A DNA stretch of 64,000 nt from Eledone cirrhosa. Lineage: Eukaryota. The notes under the pieces were generated by a model. The model saw only the letters and a list, made by a program, of their open reading frames with translations, ran no database searches and was not told where the DNA came from. Shown in pieces: positions 40,333 to 54,582 of the stretch; position 1 is the stretch's first letter; every line of letters begins with the position of its first letter. The stretch is from positions 114,328,001-114,392,000 of the forward strand of contig OZ024743.1 of NCBI GenBank assembly GCA_964016885.1. Reading direction: 5' to 3'. Made by a program: the position numbers and the translations under genes.

Positions 40333-40439
40333 TGAGAAGTGACACACGGGTTGATACATAGTAGGAAAATAAGAAAAGAGTAGAAAATGCTAATAGTATT
40401 TTCTCATAGAAAAACAGAAAAACAGTTTTTTAAAAACAA

Positions 40440-40493
40440 TTCTTAGTACAGGTCTCAGTCGATAACAATTTCGACTTCTTCATGCTTTAGAAA
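40440..40493 (-). ncRNA. Degenerate hammerhead-like motif
   Basis: ATGAAGA-AGTCGA..TCGACT-GAGA-CCTG-TA. Confidence 0.4.
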
Positions 40494-40602
40494 ATCTGAT
40501 AAAAAGTATATAATAAAGTGAAGGTGTATATTAATTAGAAGAGAATATTAGAGAACATAGTTTACATATATATAAAAATTCACATTTTCGTTTATCTCTG
40601 AG

Positions 40603-40740
40603 ATGGTAATGGTGAACTGGCGAGTTATCATCTACGAGGTAGCATATCCTTCGTTGATTACTCCTTGTTCTGCCTATGAAATCATTGACAATGAGCTTCG
40701 CTTCCATAAAGTCTGTGTGAGACGTTTGACGCGCCATTTA
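40603..40740 (+). pseudogene. Mariner transposase N-terminal fragment
   Basis: RVIIYEVA..LITPCSAYEIIDNELRFHKVCVRRLTRHL resembles the HTH2 plus degenerate KVCARWVP..L region. Confidence 0.6.
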
Positions 40741-41491
40741 CGTGTAAATGGTAGTTCATTTATCCGGCAAGCATATATAAATGTGTATATATGTCTGTTT
40801 ATATTTGTGTCTGTGCATGTATATATGAAAAGACGGAGATGTAGAAAAAACGCTGAGGAATGTGTCAATAAGGAGGTTTTAACTGATTTTCTAAGCTACC
40901 TACCGTATTTAAAGATTTTTTCTGTCCGTGTTTCTGCTCATTTTCTATGAATCTCATATATAATATGTAGTTTTAGTGGCATTGAAGTGAATTGCTTACA
41001 AAAGGAAGATGACATTTTGGATACCAATGTAATTTGACTTCTCCATTAAATTCGATAACAGCGGGAACGCACTATTTCGTAGCTGTCATGTGTTAATTAT
41101 TATATGATGTAAACAGTAACAGAAACGCCTACGGAAATCGGACCAGGTATGTGTTGCATACACACACACACACACACAAACACACACAAACATAGATAGA
41201 CATACACACACACATTCACCTTCACACACACACAACACATATACACACATGTAATATATCTAAATAAAGAAAGCACGTATGTTTAGAAAACAGCGAGCGG
41301 AATTTGAAAATTGAATGAAATCTTGCTGTAACTTTGAGTAAATAAAATAGTCTAACAATACCGAGGTGTATAAACCACGGTACGGAAAAAAAGATGGGCA
41401 TCAAACACACACCTTTTGTTTGACGCACAAGTAAATGGTAGCGCACTTGTCCGACAAACAATATATATATATATATATTAACATTACAAGG

Positions 41492-41576
41492 GGTCTGACG
41501 AGCCGCGGATTACAGAGTCGGGTCAGATCGATACTGATCGAACCTTGAGCTGATCAGTGGCGAAAGTCGTGTCACC
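41492..41576 (+). ncRNA. Hammerhead ribozyme with extended stem II, in an orphan pLTR end (about 41478-41732)
   Basis: GGT-CTGACGA-GCCGC..~50 nt..GTGGC-GAAA-GTCGTG-TC-ACC, then AATAAA; a truncated relative at about 16005-16065 has the perfect palindrome ACGCGCGT. Confidence 0.7.
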
Positions 41577-41740
41577 AAACAATAAACGTAATGAAGGAAT
41601 AACCAATCGTCCTTGTTATCTTATTTAACTATAATACACTCTGTATAGCTCTACACCTCGACACTGAAGTGAACCTAAACATCGAGTGCTCACCCAGGTG
41701 AACCTACAATAATTCCAAATTACACTCCCTGGATATATAT

Positions 41741-41784
<44 letters not shown>

Positions 41785-41824
41785 GGGGTGTGTGTATATA
41801 TTATAAATACATATTCTAATACAT

Positions 41825-41997
41825 AGTATCGGTAGAGGGTCGGACGCCATGCTTTCCAGCATAGTTACGTCCCTTTACGATCTGAGTTCAAATCCCGCCG
41901 AGGTTGACTTTGCCTTTCATCCTTACGGGGTCGATGAAATAAAGTCCCAGTAACGCACTGTGTAATTGCTGGCCTTGTGCCTAAAGTAGAAACAATT
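41825..41997 (+). mobile_element. tRNA-derived SINE
   Basis: Family B-box, core and tail. Confidence 0.85.
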
Positions 41998-42139
41998 ATA
42001 ATATGTACATATTAATGTCCAACATTGTGAGGCTTGTTCCTACAATAAAAAGCGTTAAACTAATATATATCATATATATGTACACTATTGTTCTCCTATG
42101 TTATTTTTCTAGTTGATTCCCATCTCTGTCACACACACA

Positions 42140-42220
<81 letters not shown>

Positions 42221-42599
42221 CACCTTGCCACATGTTATCTTACTCAATGCTAACTGAATGTATACATACATAAATGTATATGTAAATATATACGCACATA
42301 TATGTATTTACGACGATAATAGCTACGATAGTTACAATAGAAATACAAAAGAAATGCCAGCAATATCAAAACATGAACAACAATTACAACAACAACAAAG
42401 ACTACACAATTATACACCAACGCAACTACACGCCAACATAAATATAGAACATAAATATACACCAATACCAATACAACTACACACCAATGCAAATATACAC
42501 CAATATAGTGATGCACTAACATAACTGTACATCAATATAATTGTACACCAACATAAATATACACCAATATAACTACACACCAACATAACTATACACCAA

Positions 42600-43925
42600 C
42601 GCAATTATATACCAACACTACTTTACACCAACACATTTATACACCAACGCAGTTATATACCAACACTACTATACACCAACACATTTATACACCAACGCAG
42701 TTATATACCAACACTACTATACACCAAAACATTTATACACCAACGCAATTATATACCAACACTACTATACACCAAAACATTTATACACCAACGCAGTTAT
42801 ATACCAACATAGCTATACACCAACGCAATTATATACCAACACTACTATACACCAAAACATTTATACACCAACGCAGTTATATACCAACACTACTATACAC
42901 CAAAACATTTATACACCAACGCAATTATGTACCAACACTACTATACACCAAAACATTTATACACCAACGCAGTTATATACCAACACTACTATACACCAAA
43001 ACATTTATACACCAACGCAGTTATATACCAACACTACTATACACCAAAACATTTATACACCAACGCAATTATATACCAACACTACTATACACCAAAACAT
43101 TTATACACCAACGCAGTTATATACCAACACTACTATACACCAACACATTTATACACCAACGCACATATATACCAACACTACTATACACCAACACATTTAT
43201 ACACCAACGCAGTTATATACCAACACTACTATACACCAACACATTTATACACCAACGCAGTTATATACCAACACTACTATACACCAACACATTTATACAC
43301 CAACGCAATTATATACCAACACTACTATACACCAAAACATTTATACACCAACGCAGTTATATACCAACACTACTATACACCAAAACATTTATACACCAAC
43401 GCAATTATATACCAACACTACTATACACCAACACATTTATACACCAACGCAATTATATACCAACACTACTATACACCAAAACATTTATACACCAACGCAA
43501 TTATATACCAACACTACTATACACCAACGAATTTAGACACCAACGCAGTTATATACCAACACTACTATACACCAAAACATTTATACACCAACGCAATTAT
43601 ATACCAACACTACTATACACCAAAACATTTATACACCAACGCAGTTATATACCAACGCTACTATACACCGACACATTTATACACCAACGCAATTATATAC
43701 CAACACTACTATACACCAAAACATTTATACACCAACGCAGTTATATACCAACACTACTATACACCAACACATTTATACAACAACGCAGTTATATACCAAC
43801 ACTACTATACACCAAAACATTTATACACCAACGCAATTATATACCAACACTACTATACACCAACGAATTTATACACCAACGCAGCTATATACCAACACTA
43901 CTATACACCAACGCAATTATATACG
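42600..43925. repeat. 45-bp higher-order minisatellite (3 x 15-bp monomers)
   Basis: Unit TATACACCAAAACAT-TTATACACCAACGCA-GTTATATACCAACACTAC. Confidence 0.95.
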
Positions 43926-43997
43926 AACACAATACAGTTATACACCAATAGTTATACACTAACACACTTATACAACACAAATATACACCAAAACACC

Positions 43998-44412
43998 CAG
44001 GGGCCTCGTTGCCTTAAAAATGTGAGGGGGACAAACCAACATTTGTTGATTCTTGAAGGAGCCTGTTAGTATTGCTTATGGTGCCTTTCCCGGACCCTAT
44101 CTCATAAGTAAAATTTTACACTAATTAAATTTCATATATTTAAATGAAGTTCAGATATATAAAAATAAGCTTAAAAAGAATTTATTATATCAAATTTTTA
44201 GTTTTTATCAAATGGATGTAAATATCGCACAAACAAAATTTAATACCGATTGCAACTTAGGGGTATATATATTCATATAAATAAATATGTGAAATATGTA
44301 TTATACATATGTATGACTTGTTAGTGGGGTTTTCTCTGTTTCTTAATTGGAAAAAAGTAGGGGGAACAAAAGATGGTCTGTCTCCTGGAACCCCCCTGCA
44401 ACAAGGCCCTTG
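43998..44412. mobile_element. hAT-like MITE
   Basis: TIRs CAGGGGCCTCGTTGC / GCAACAAGGCCCTTG; flanks AAAACACC and AACTCACC (6/8 match, decayed 8-bp TSD). Confidence 0.65.
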
Positions 44413-44429
44413 AACTCACCTATATACCT

Positions 44430-45530
44430 ACACCAACACACTTATTCGCCAACACACCTATACATTAACATAACCAACACAACTATACATCAACACACCT
44501 ATACATCAACACACCTATAAATTAACACACCTATACACCAACATAACTATACACCAACAGAACTATACACCAACATAACTATACACCACCATAACTATAC
44601 ACTAACACAACTATACACCAACATAACTATACACCAACATAACTATACACGAACATAACTATACACCACCATAACTATACACCAACATAACTATACATCA
44701 ACATAACTATACATCAATATAACTATACACCAACACAACTATACACCAACACAACTATACACCAACATAACTATACACCAACATAACTATACATCAACAT
44801 AACTATACACCAACACAACTATACACCAACACAACTATACACCAACATAACTATACATCAACATAACTATACACCAACACAACTATACACCAACACAACT
44901 ATACACCAACATAACTATACACCAAGAGAACTATACACCACCATATCTATACACTAACACACCTATACATCAACATAACTATACACCAACACACATATAC
45001 GCCAACATAACTATACACCAACACAACTATACACCAACATAACTATACACCAACATAACTATACACCAACACAACTATACACCAACATAACTATACACCA
45101 ACAGAACTATACACCACCATAACTATACACTAACACACCTATACACCAACATAACTATACACCAACATAACTATATACCAACACAACTATACACCAACAT
45201 AACTATACACCAACATAACTATACACCAACATAACTATACACTAACACACCTATACACCAACATAACTATACACCAACACAACTATACACCAACATAACT
45301 ATACATAAACATAACTATACACCAACACAACTATACACCAACACAACTATACACCAACACACCTATACACCAATATAACTATACACTAACACACCTATAC
45401 ACCAACATAACTATACATCAACATAACTATACACCAACACAACTATACACCAACATAACTATACGCCAACACAACTATACACCAACATAACTATACACCA
45501 ACCTAACTATACATTAACACCACTCTCCAC
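44430..45530. repeat. 15-bp minisatellite (TATACACCAACAYAAC-type)
   Basis: Direct reading. Confidence 0.95.
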
Positions 45531-46147
45531 CAATACAGTTATACACCAATATCCTTATACAACACACCTATACACCAACGCAATTATATGCAAACATACC
45601 TCTTTAAAGATATTTTTATTCACCAACATACATATACAATAATACAACTACACACCAATACACTTATACCAACAGAAATATTCACCAACATATTTACCTG
45701 GTATACTTTGGCATTGTAGTCTAAGTAAGACGTAGTTTATTGAGTGTTATTTTCTTTTCAAGAGAAATTTACGAACAAATAGATTAGTATAAGACAAATG
45801 GATAGATAATAGAATTAATAGAAACATTGAAGAGAGATGAAAAACAACGAAACTATATAAAGAAAGTGACTACCTCACAAAAGACAAAAAACCAGGTCAA
45901 ATCAACACAAAATACAAATAACAACATTTAAAATGAAAAACAAAAATATTTTAGAAAAGTCAAAACAACTTCCAATTACTTCAATCATACAAGTAAAAGA
46001 ATAATTACAATTAACCAACCAGACAAGAGTTGAAAGATTGAATTGTAAGACTGACACAATCCACACATGCAGGTACACACCTGCACACGTACACGCACAC
46101 ATACCTATATATACAAATACATACACACACAGGGATGCCCTCCTATA

Positions 46148-46250
46148 TAGGGTGTCCTAAAAAATGTATACACACTTTTTTGATTACCTGTACAGGCAAT
46201 ATTTATTAGAGTGCACAGCCTTTGTATATACATATTTTTGGGACACCCTG
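46148..46250. mobile_element. Tc1/mariner-type MITE
   Basis: TIRs TAGGGTGTCCTAAAAAATGTATA / TATACATATTTTTGGGACACCCTG, flanked by TA. Confidence 0.7.
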
Positions 46251-46635
46251 TATATATATATATATGTTATACATATACATATATAAAAATATACACACAA
46301 AACATTCATACACACACACACATATATATATATACACACACACATTTCCCGGCAGAGCTGTTCTGATACTGAATGGGCCGCAGGTGACAGACAGCGATAC
46401 GGCTACCTGATAAAATGTTTAGTTGCAATATAAGTGTGCTCCTGTCAGACAAATAAGCAATCACGAACCAAACAACGGTAAGCTACTTGGGTAGATGGAG
46501 CAATGGGCGACACAGTTAGTTCTCAAGAAAACACTCACAACTCAGTGATATAGCTACTAAAAAGCAAATAAAGAGCGCCCCTAAAACCACAAATAAAATA
46601 AGTAGAAAATAGGCATATTTATTTTATATAGATAT

Positions 46636-46687
46636 GACTTCTACAGGAATAGAACTTTTTCATTTGTATGAAATCATCAGAAATGTC
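46636..46687 (-). ncRNA. Hammerhead motif of the 23930/32777 family, partly degenerate
   Basis: GACATTT-CTGATGA-TTTCATACAAAT-GAAA-AAGTTCTATTCCTG-TA-GAAGTC. Confidence 0.6.
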
Positions 46688-46920
46688 CTGTTTGTATTTA
46701 TGCAGGGATATATATATACATATATAATCAGATAAATCTGCATTAACGCTACTGTTGTAATTGATTATACATAACTCGTCCCATAGGCTGAGTGCTTTAA
46801 GTCCTTGGATATTTATACCAAGTGTGTACTTCAATATATGTATATATATACATTTACATATGGGGTAATGGGAATGTATTTAAGTGAATATATGACAGTG
46901 CACACACACACACACACACA

Positions 46921-46960
<40 letters not shown>

Positions 46961-47086
46961 ATATATATATAAATTATATATATATACACACACACACACT
47001 AATTTAAAGTACCATAACATATTATATTATGTATGATTAATATATTTCTCAGTAGAAAGCTCAATGAACGTTTGTCTAGATCATCA

Positions 47087-47151
<65 letters not shown>

Positions 47152-47158
<7 letters not shown>

Positions 47159-47286
47159 GACGTAAAATAAGAAAATTTAATAAATGAAAAATTAACTTAC
47201 TTACTAAAATTTTCACTGGAGTGAAAATTTTAGTAAGTAAGTTAATTTTTAATTTTTAAAATTTTCTTATTTTACGTCTTTCGTAT
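47152..47286. repeat. Inverted repeat with about 65-bp arms and a 2-nt loop (probable fold-back pLTR end)
   Basis: 47152-47217 versus 47220-47286, adjacent to (TA)n. Confidence 0.8.
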
Positions 47287-47414
47287 AATTGTTCTGCATC
47301 TCCCTGCATAGAACCACAAAGGTACTAAGACATAACATATATATTTGCTAGCATGGGTATACATCTGTATACATATGTTGGTAGATATACTAATTCTCTC
47401 TATATATATATATT

Positions 47415-47599
47415 TGTTTCTACTTTAGGCACAAGGCCAGCAATTACCCAGTGCATTACTGGTACTTTATTTTATCGACCTCGTAAGGATGAAAGGCAAA
47501 GTGAACCTCGGCGGGATTTGATCTCAGATAGTAAAGGGACGTAACTATGCTGGAAAGCATGGCGTCCGACCCTCTACTGATACTGTCAATCCACCGCCT
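47415..47599 (-). mobile_element. tRNA-derived SINE
   Basis: Full reverse copy ending AATCCACCGCC. Confidence 0.88.
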
Positions 47600-47613
47600 A
47601 ATATATATATATA

Positions 47614-47776
<163 letters not shown>

Positions 47777-48214
47777 GGGGTAACAAATAATAGTTAAATG
47801 CAGCCCACTTATGTGTGTGTGTGTGTGTGTATAAATATATGTGTATATTACCTCCTTAACCTCTGTATTAACTCGCCCACTATTTAGCTTTGACAGTGTT
47901 GTCCCACTCATGTATGTTATTGAAGATGAAAAGAAAGACTGTAAACACTGGCTTATCTTTAAAATTTTAAATTGATACACATTACGATACTCTGTACATG
48001 CCAAACTTTTACTTCTGCTTCATGTCAGCTAGTTTTACACGCCGAAATCTTAGATACACTATACCCCCCACCTAAGTAATGTCAGGGTCTCCTCAAATAA
48101 TTTATTAATATCATTGTTGTAATTGTTGTTATTGTTCTAACTGAATGCCATTACTACTTCATATAGTAGCCTGTATATTCTTTTCTTGCCTGTGTATTCT
48201 CTTCATTCTCGCAT

Positions 48215-48320
48215 GCTCCGATGAACTGACTGGTTATAATTTTGTATTGGCGATCGAGTAACGTGAAAACAAGCGAATAGCGATCTCTAGACCTACCAGT
48301 TCAGAGAAACAATTGTCAGC
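48215..48320 (+). ncRNA. Hammerhead motif with long stem II (core CCGATGA)
   Basis: GCT-CCGATGA-ACTGACTGGT...ACCAGTTCAGA-GAAA-CAATTG-TC-AGC. Confidence 0.6.
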
Positions 48321-48373
48321 TATGAGATTAAAAACCTTTTTTGTATAGCAAACCATGTCAACCTTCTTTCCTG

Positions 48374-48412
<39 letters not shown>

Positions 48413-49541
48413 GTTAATTAGTCTCTAATACTTAAACATCTCAATGAGTGGATAAAATATCTAGAAAAGATATCAGTCAGAGAAGCAATATTACATATTG
48501 AATTTAAATGAGAAAAAACTCAATTTATGGGAGTACAAGCCATACGGACAAAAAAAAATATATATTTTTTTAGCCATTCTTGCTTATATAAAGTTCTCAC
48601 TACCATGGTTTCTTCTGCAGAAGAATGCGTTATTAGAATTACCAATAATTGAAGACTCCACGACACTCTTCAGGGGAGTTTTAATTCTTAAAAAAAAATA
48701 AGGGGATATTGACAAAGATATTATACATACAGTTTCTTTGCCGAGGCTGGATGCTGGACACAAAAACGTTGTGTAGTTGAACTATTAAAGGATCAAAATA
48801 CCTCTCAACGTAATAGGACTATGCGATAGGCTTATGATGCCGCTAGAAATAGCAGCCAAAATGTTGATTACTCAGAGATGTGTATGCAATACACGAATAA
48901 ATGAACAATGATGCAATTAAATTAGAGCACAGCATCATGTGTATCCTTCCAAATGCGATTTGTTAGTCTAGGACTGAGTATAAGCACAATAATGGTAATT
49001 GCAGAGGCCAGATGTAGATATTCATAATTCCTTTATTCACAATTAGCCGTTATACATATTTCTGTGGCATTAATCATTACATGATGGTCTAATCACTCAA
49101 TCACTAACACGATTGCATCAGGTGGCATCTTAAGTAATAATGTAATATTGGTAATGCAATACAGACAAGGGAACGGACAATTTTGATGTTTCTCTTATCG
49201 AGGCCAGTTCATAGCATGTATTGCATTAACAATATTACACAGACACACACACACACACACACACACACACATTATATATATATATATATATAAGGAAAAG
49301 AAATCGAAAATGCAACTGGAGTCTTTTTAAGAATATTCATTCAATTCCCTTACCGGTTCCATAGTTCTTATGCTTTTCAAAAGTAAAATTGAGAGGGAGG
49401 GTTTGTGCTTTGTATTTCTGTCTGTCTGCGAAGATTCGGTTCTAGCTGTCGAAACGGCCGGAGCTCAGCCGGCGGGGCCCTGAATCTTTTCATATTACCC
49501 ACTCTACTACCTTAAGTATCGAGTATTCTAGTGTGTTATGG

Positions 49542-49591
<50 letters not shown>

Positions 49592-49693
49592 ATTTCGTAT
49601 TTCTAAAAAAATACGGTTTTAGGAATCCGTAGCTATGCAAACACCGGGGCTAACGCCCTCTGGTGGTGTCCAGCTGAAGCAAGGGGGACAACC

Positions 49694-49731
49694 GTCTATG
49701 CATTTCAGGCTTTACTGGCCTTCGTCAGGAC
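49694..49731 (-). ncRNA. Minimal hammerhead ribozyme
   Basis: GTC-CTGACGA-AGGC(CAGTAAA)GCCT-GAAA-TGCA-TA-GAC; palindrome ATGCAT. Confidence 0.82.
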
Positions 49732-49813
49732 TGCCCCTCCCACCACTTGCTACTGCTGGACTTGAAAACAGTCGAGAATATATAGTTTTCTCGTCGGTGT
49801 AAATTTCTATACA

Positions 49814-51585
49814 TCTACTTATATATATAACCAGCAATTTCTCTGTCTGTCTGTCCGACAGTCGAAACACGTGCGTAGAGAGAGAGTGAGAGTGAAAGAA
49901 AGAGACAGACTACGGGAGGGGGATAGCGGGAGGGAGAGAGGGAGAGAGTGAATAGACGCTAAAACACGTGCTACAGAAATATTACCTTCCCATTCCTTTC
50001 TCCACTTTGGTACTACCAAGAGAAACACTGTCGCTATAGAAACATTACCTTCTCCTCTCCACTGACTTTGGTCACTGAGGCCGAGGGAATCGCTGGTTGC
50101 TATAGAGACACCTTGCACAAGCCAGAAGTAACCAGTTCGAGGCGGTTCTGACTTGATACCATGCCAAGTCTACTTATAATATATAATGGGAATTTCTCTG
50201 TTTGTTTGTCTGTCTGTCCGTCTGTAAAAAAATGCCAAGGAAACAAATAGACGCGGTTTCAAATCTCTATGCTTTTCAAATTCATTACATTAATCTTTAT
50301 TTATACGTTTCGCTTTACGAGTGTTTCGACTTACGAGTGTTTCGGCTTACGAGTGTTTCGGCTTATCATTATATATAAACGTTTCTATTTCCATCGTTTT
50401 ATCGTAAACGTTTATATATTTCTATCGTTATATCATAACGTTTATGTATCATAACGTTTATATTTCCGTCACTAATCTCTTTTTCTCCTTTTTCGTTTTA
50501 ACATATATTTATTTCAAAGATTTCACCATATAGATAACATATATATTTATACATGCATAAAAGACACACCGAGAGACGGTGAACATGTGGTGCCGAAAAC
50601 ATTTCTCATCCAAATCTCAACAATATCAGTATATACACTAGATTTGCTAGCAGAAAACCGCCCACCGGGTGGTTTTCTGCTAGTCTATATATATAAAACT
50701 GAGGATGTCTGTCTGTCTCTGTGTGTGTGAGTTTGAATCCATAAAACTCGAGAAGCACCCAACCGAGTGTTTACAAACTTTAGACATGTAATACTTATGT
50801 TTCAGGGAGTGTTCTGGACAAAACAAATTTCAAATTTTAAATGCCCTTGGGACCGCATTAGGCGATTTAGCGATCTCTCTATAATTCCTAGTCTTTCTCT
50901 TTTTAGATAGATACATACATATAACGTCGCGCCCTTATAATATCTGTCTGTATGTCTGACTGTCTGCATTACGTCACTTCCCTGGGGATGTCTGTCTGTG
51001 AGTTTTAATCCCTAAAACTCGAGAAGTACCCAACCGACTTTTTTCAAACTTTACTTTTGTTTCAGGGAGTGTTAGCAAATAAAAACTTCAACTTTTTGAT
51101 CCCCTAGGGCCCGCATAAGGTGAAAAACTGCGTTTTTTCAGGATTTTAGGGGTTTTTTGAGGCGTTACGTCAGACAGATTTCCTTGAAATTGTAACTATG
51201 TATTAGTCAGTCTCTTCTTCATACTGCGAGCAAAGAAAATTCAACTTTTTTTATGGCCTGAGTCCGCATTGGGTGAAAAACTTCATTTTTTCAGCTTTTT
51301 TATGACTTTTTTGAGGCGTTACGTCTAGCCGATTTTCCCGAAATTTCAAGGCATATTATGCACGTAAAAAAAATTCATTTTCTTGATCCCCTTGGGCCCG
51401 CATTAGCTGAAAACCTGCATTTTTCCTGCTTCATCGAGGAAAACTTAAAGATTATCCAGCCATCAGAGTATTCGGTTTATTTTCTTTACATATTGTTCAG
51501 GCATGCAGTTTTTCCACGATTAGGTCTGTTGGCGGCCCGCGTTCCAAAATACCTTATTGCGTGCAACGCCGGGTACCACTTCTAG
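49814..51585 (+). mobile_element. Head-to-tail array of non-autonomous Helitrons (5' TC ends at 49814, 50169, 50684; CTAG ends at 50683, 51585)
   Basis: TCTAC/TCTAT..TATAA..(TGTC)n heads; hairpin+CTAG tails; A|T insertion with no TSD; empty site at 51895-51940. Confidence 0.8.
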
Positions 51586-51757
51586 TATTGTATAAAGCTA
51601 TGCTTGAAGCGAAATCTTATGTTTTTTCTATTATAAGTTGAGCCAATTTATGCAGCTTCATATGCAAATGAGATTAATCACCTCATTTACACAGACGAGA
51701 AAACTATATATTCTCGACTGTTTTCAAGTCCAGCAGTCGCAAGCGGTGGGAGGGACC

Positions 51758-51795
51758 TTCCTGACGAAGGCCAGTCAAGCCTGAAATGCATAGAC
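51758..51795 (+). ncRNA. Minimal hammerhead ribozyme
   Basis: CTGACGA-AGGC(CAGTCAA)GCCT-GAAA-TGCA-TA-GAC. Confidence 0.75.
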
Positions 51796-52141
51796 GGTTT
51801 CCCCCTTGCTTCTGCTGGACACCACTAGAGGGTGTTAGCCTCGGTGTTTGCATAGCTATGGCTTCCTAAAACCGTATATCTATAGAAATACGAAATTTCT
51901 ATACATATTGTATAAAGCTATGCTTGAAACTAAATCTTATTTTTATACTCACACACACACACACACACACACATACACACACACACACCATGCCCATATG
52001 AGTCCATATGAGTCTGTGAGTATTGATTTATTATTTTCTAGATCGTACAGGCAGACCTTATGTTGTTGAATTAAGATTTTTCACTCTAGCGATCTTATTA
52101 GTCAATTGCAACTATAACATGTAAATGTTCATCAAATATTA

Positions 52142-52186
<45 letters not shown>

Positions 52187-52209
52187 CATATATGTATATA
52201 TATATATAT

Positions 52210-52252
<43 letters not shown>

Positions 52253-52996
52253 AACAAAGAGAGAAAGAGTGAGAGAGAGAAAGTTAGGATAGATAGAAAT
52301 GTAGAAAAATACGTCCCTTTTTGCGACAAACTTATCCTATCCCAGTCGTATACCCATCTTACAAGCTTTAAGAATAAGAAAATAACTAAAATGACATTAG
52401 AATCATTAGTATATTTTGGCATCTATATATCTCTACAATATTGAAATGCTTAAGGAACTAATTATATGGTGCACTTTTACTGAGGTGGTAGTATAACTGT
52501 TTTCTAAAACACTAAATAGTGAATTTGTGATTTGTGAAATGTTGCGTGATATTAAAAGCTTATTGAGTTTTTTATGGCTTGCGATTAAATTAATCAATTT
52601 TATCAATAAAAATTAATTTACATTTTTCAGATTTGAGAGAGAAAAAATATTTACACAAAATTAATAGTTTAGATAACTATATTTTATATATTTTTGTTTA
52701 TTATTTAAATCATTGTAGAAAGAATAAACAAATAAACGAACAAAGTATATATATTCTCTTTCATTTTGTTGATATTCCCCTTTAATGCTAGGAGTACAAG
52801 AATACGGGAAAAATTATGAGTGCACACACACGCACTCCCTCCACACACAGGCACACACATACACACACCTCACAGACAAACACATATGCCCACACATACA
52901 TACCTCACAGACAAACACATATGCCCACACATACCAACAAACACATACACACACATTTAAAAAAATTAAGAGAGGCTAAAATAAATCAATTAAAAG

Positions 52997-53031
<35 letters not shown>

Positions 53032-53243
53032 ATGTGTGTGTGTATATATATAAATATACATATATATAGATGTATATATGCATGTGTGTGAGCGTGGTAA
53101 ATGTATATGTATGTATATTTATATATATATACATACATACACATATATATATATATATATACATACATCCACACACACATATATATATACACACACATAC
53201 ATTTTATAAATATATGTACATACATAATTACATACACACATTT

Positions 53244-53497
<254 letters not shown>

Positions 53498-53861
53498 TAC
53501 ATATACACGCACATATATATATATGTGTGTGTGTGTGGGTGTATATAATACTGACTCGTTGACCCGCTGATCACCAATTTATCATAAGGAGCCATTGCAG
53601 CACATAAGAACAAATCGAAACCAAATTTATAAAGAAATAGTTGATAACAGACCCATCCTCTATAGAATTCCGGAAAATTCTAGATAAATCATATCCCCCC
53701 CCCCCCCCCCAAATGATATTGCACATTTGAAATATAAAAAAATAGGTTTTTATCATTATTCCCATATTCCCATGAGCCTACTACAGAACACAACAATATC
53801 TTCCGTCAGAAGATGTGGACAAGAAGTGAGAAAGTCCTTTTCTTTCTTTAAGTGCATATAT

Positions 53862-54582
53862 ATATAAAATCTTTTAGTGTCCTAGAGAAAAACTTCCCAC
53901 CAAACCATAAATACCATCAAATTTTAAATAGATCAACTGTCAAATTTTCCTACTCCACTACCAAAAATATACAACAGAATATAAGTGCGTACAACGCATA
54001 TAAATGTAAAAAACCCACAAATATACCACCAACACATCAAACCAATCATAATACTAAAATAAACCACAACAAACCACCATCTCCTTCACCTATAACAAGT
54101 CGAGTAAATTCTACACCAAATTTGACTAACTCCCCTGATATAATATTCACGAAAGGTTGTAACTGTAGAATCAAAAGAAATTGCCCATTAAATGGAAATT
54201 GTCTTATTAATAACATAGTCTATAAATGTAAAATTAGCAATAAGGACTCCACTTATTCGTATATAGGAGCTACGTGTAACCAATTTAAAGTAAGATTTAA
54301 TACCCACAAACATAGTTTTAAAAATGCTGCATTAGCTAATACAACATCCTTGGCTGAAACAATTAATAATTATAGAAAGAAGAATATCGATTACAAATTG
54401 ACCTGGAGCGTGCTCAAAAGGCCACCCCTTATCAAAATAACAGATACGAGTGTAGGTTATGCTCCCAGGAACATTTTGAAATCATGAAATCTAAGGATAT
54501 CCTATTAAATAAGCGACAGGAATTAATTATATCTTGCAAGCATAAAATTAGAAGAACCTTCAAATATTATAAACCTAATTAA
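53862..54582 (+). pseudogene. PLE6: 5'-truncated Naiad-like thumb/GIY-YIG, frameshift near 54420; tail to about 55468
   Basis: FPPNHKYHQILNRSTVKFSYSTTKN; CNCRIKRNCPLNGNC; IVY..YIGAT..FKVRFNTHKHSF; in the other frame ATPYQNNRYECRLCSQE..LLNKRQELIISCKH..*. Confidence 0.88.

Larger units (their letters stand above)
49588..51945 (+). mobile_element. Fold-back/tandem pLTR insertion interrupted by Helitrons
   Basis: 49588-49803 is the inverse of 51686-51899; both arms carry an HHR. Confidence 0.8.

Noticed and set aside
42927-44069. 380-aa ORF with a 15-aa repeat (YQHYYTPKHLYTNAVI)
   Set aside because: By-product of a stop-free 45-bp satellite; no gene context, and it runs into a MITE
42600-45530. 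CRISPR-like periodic array
   Set aside because: Head-to-tail tandem repeat with no unique spacers, no cas genes, and a eukaryotic context
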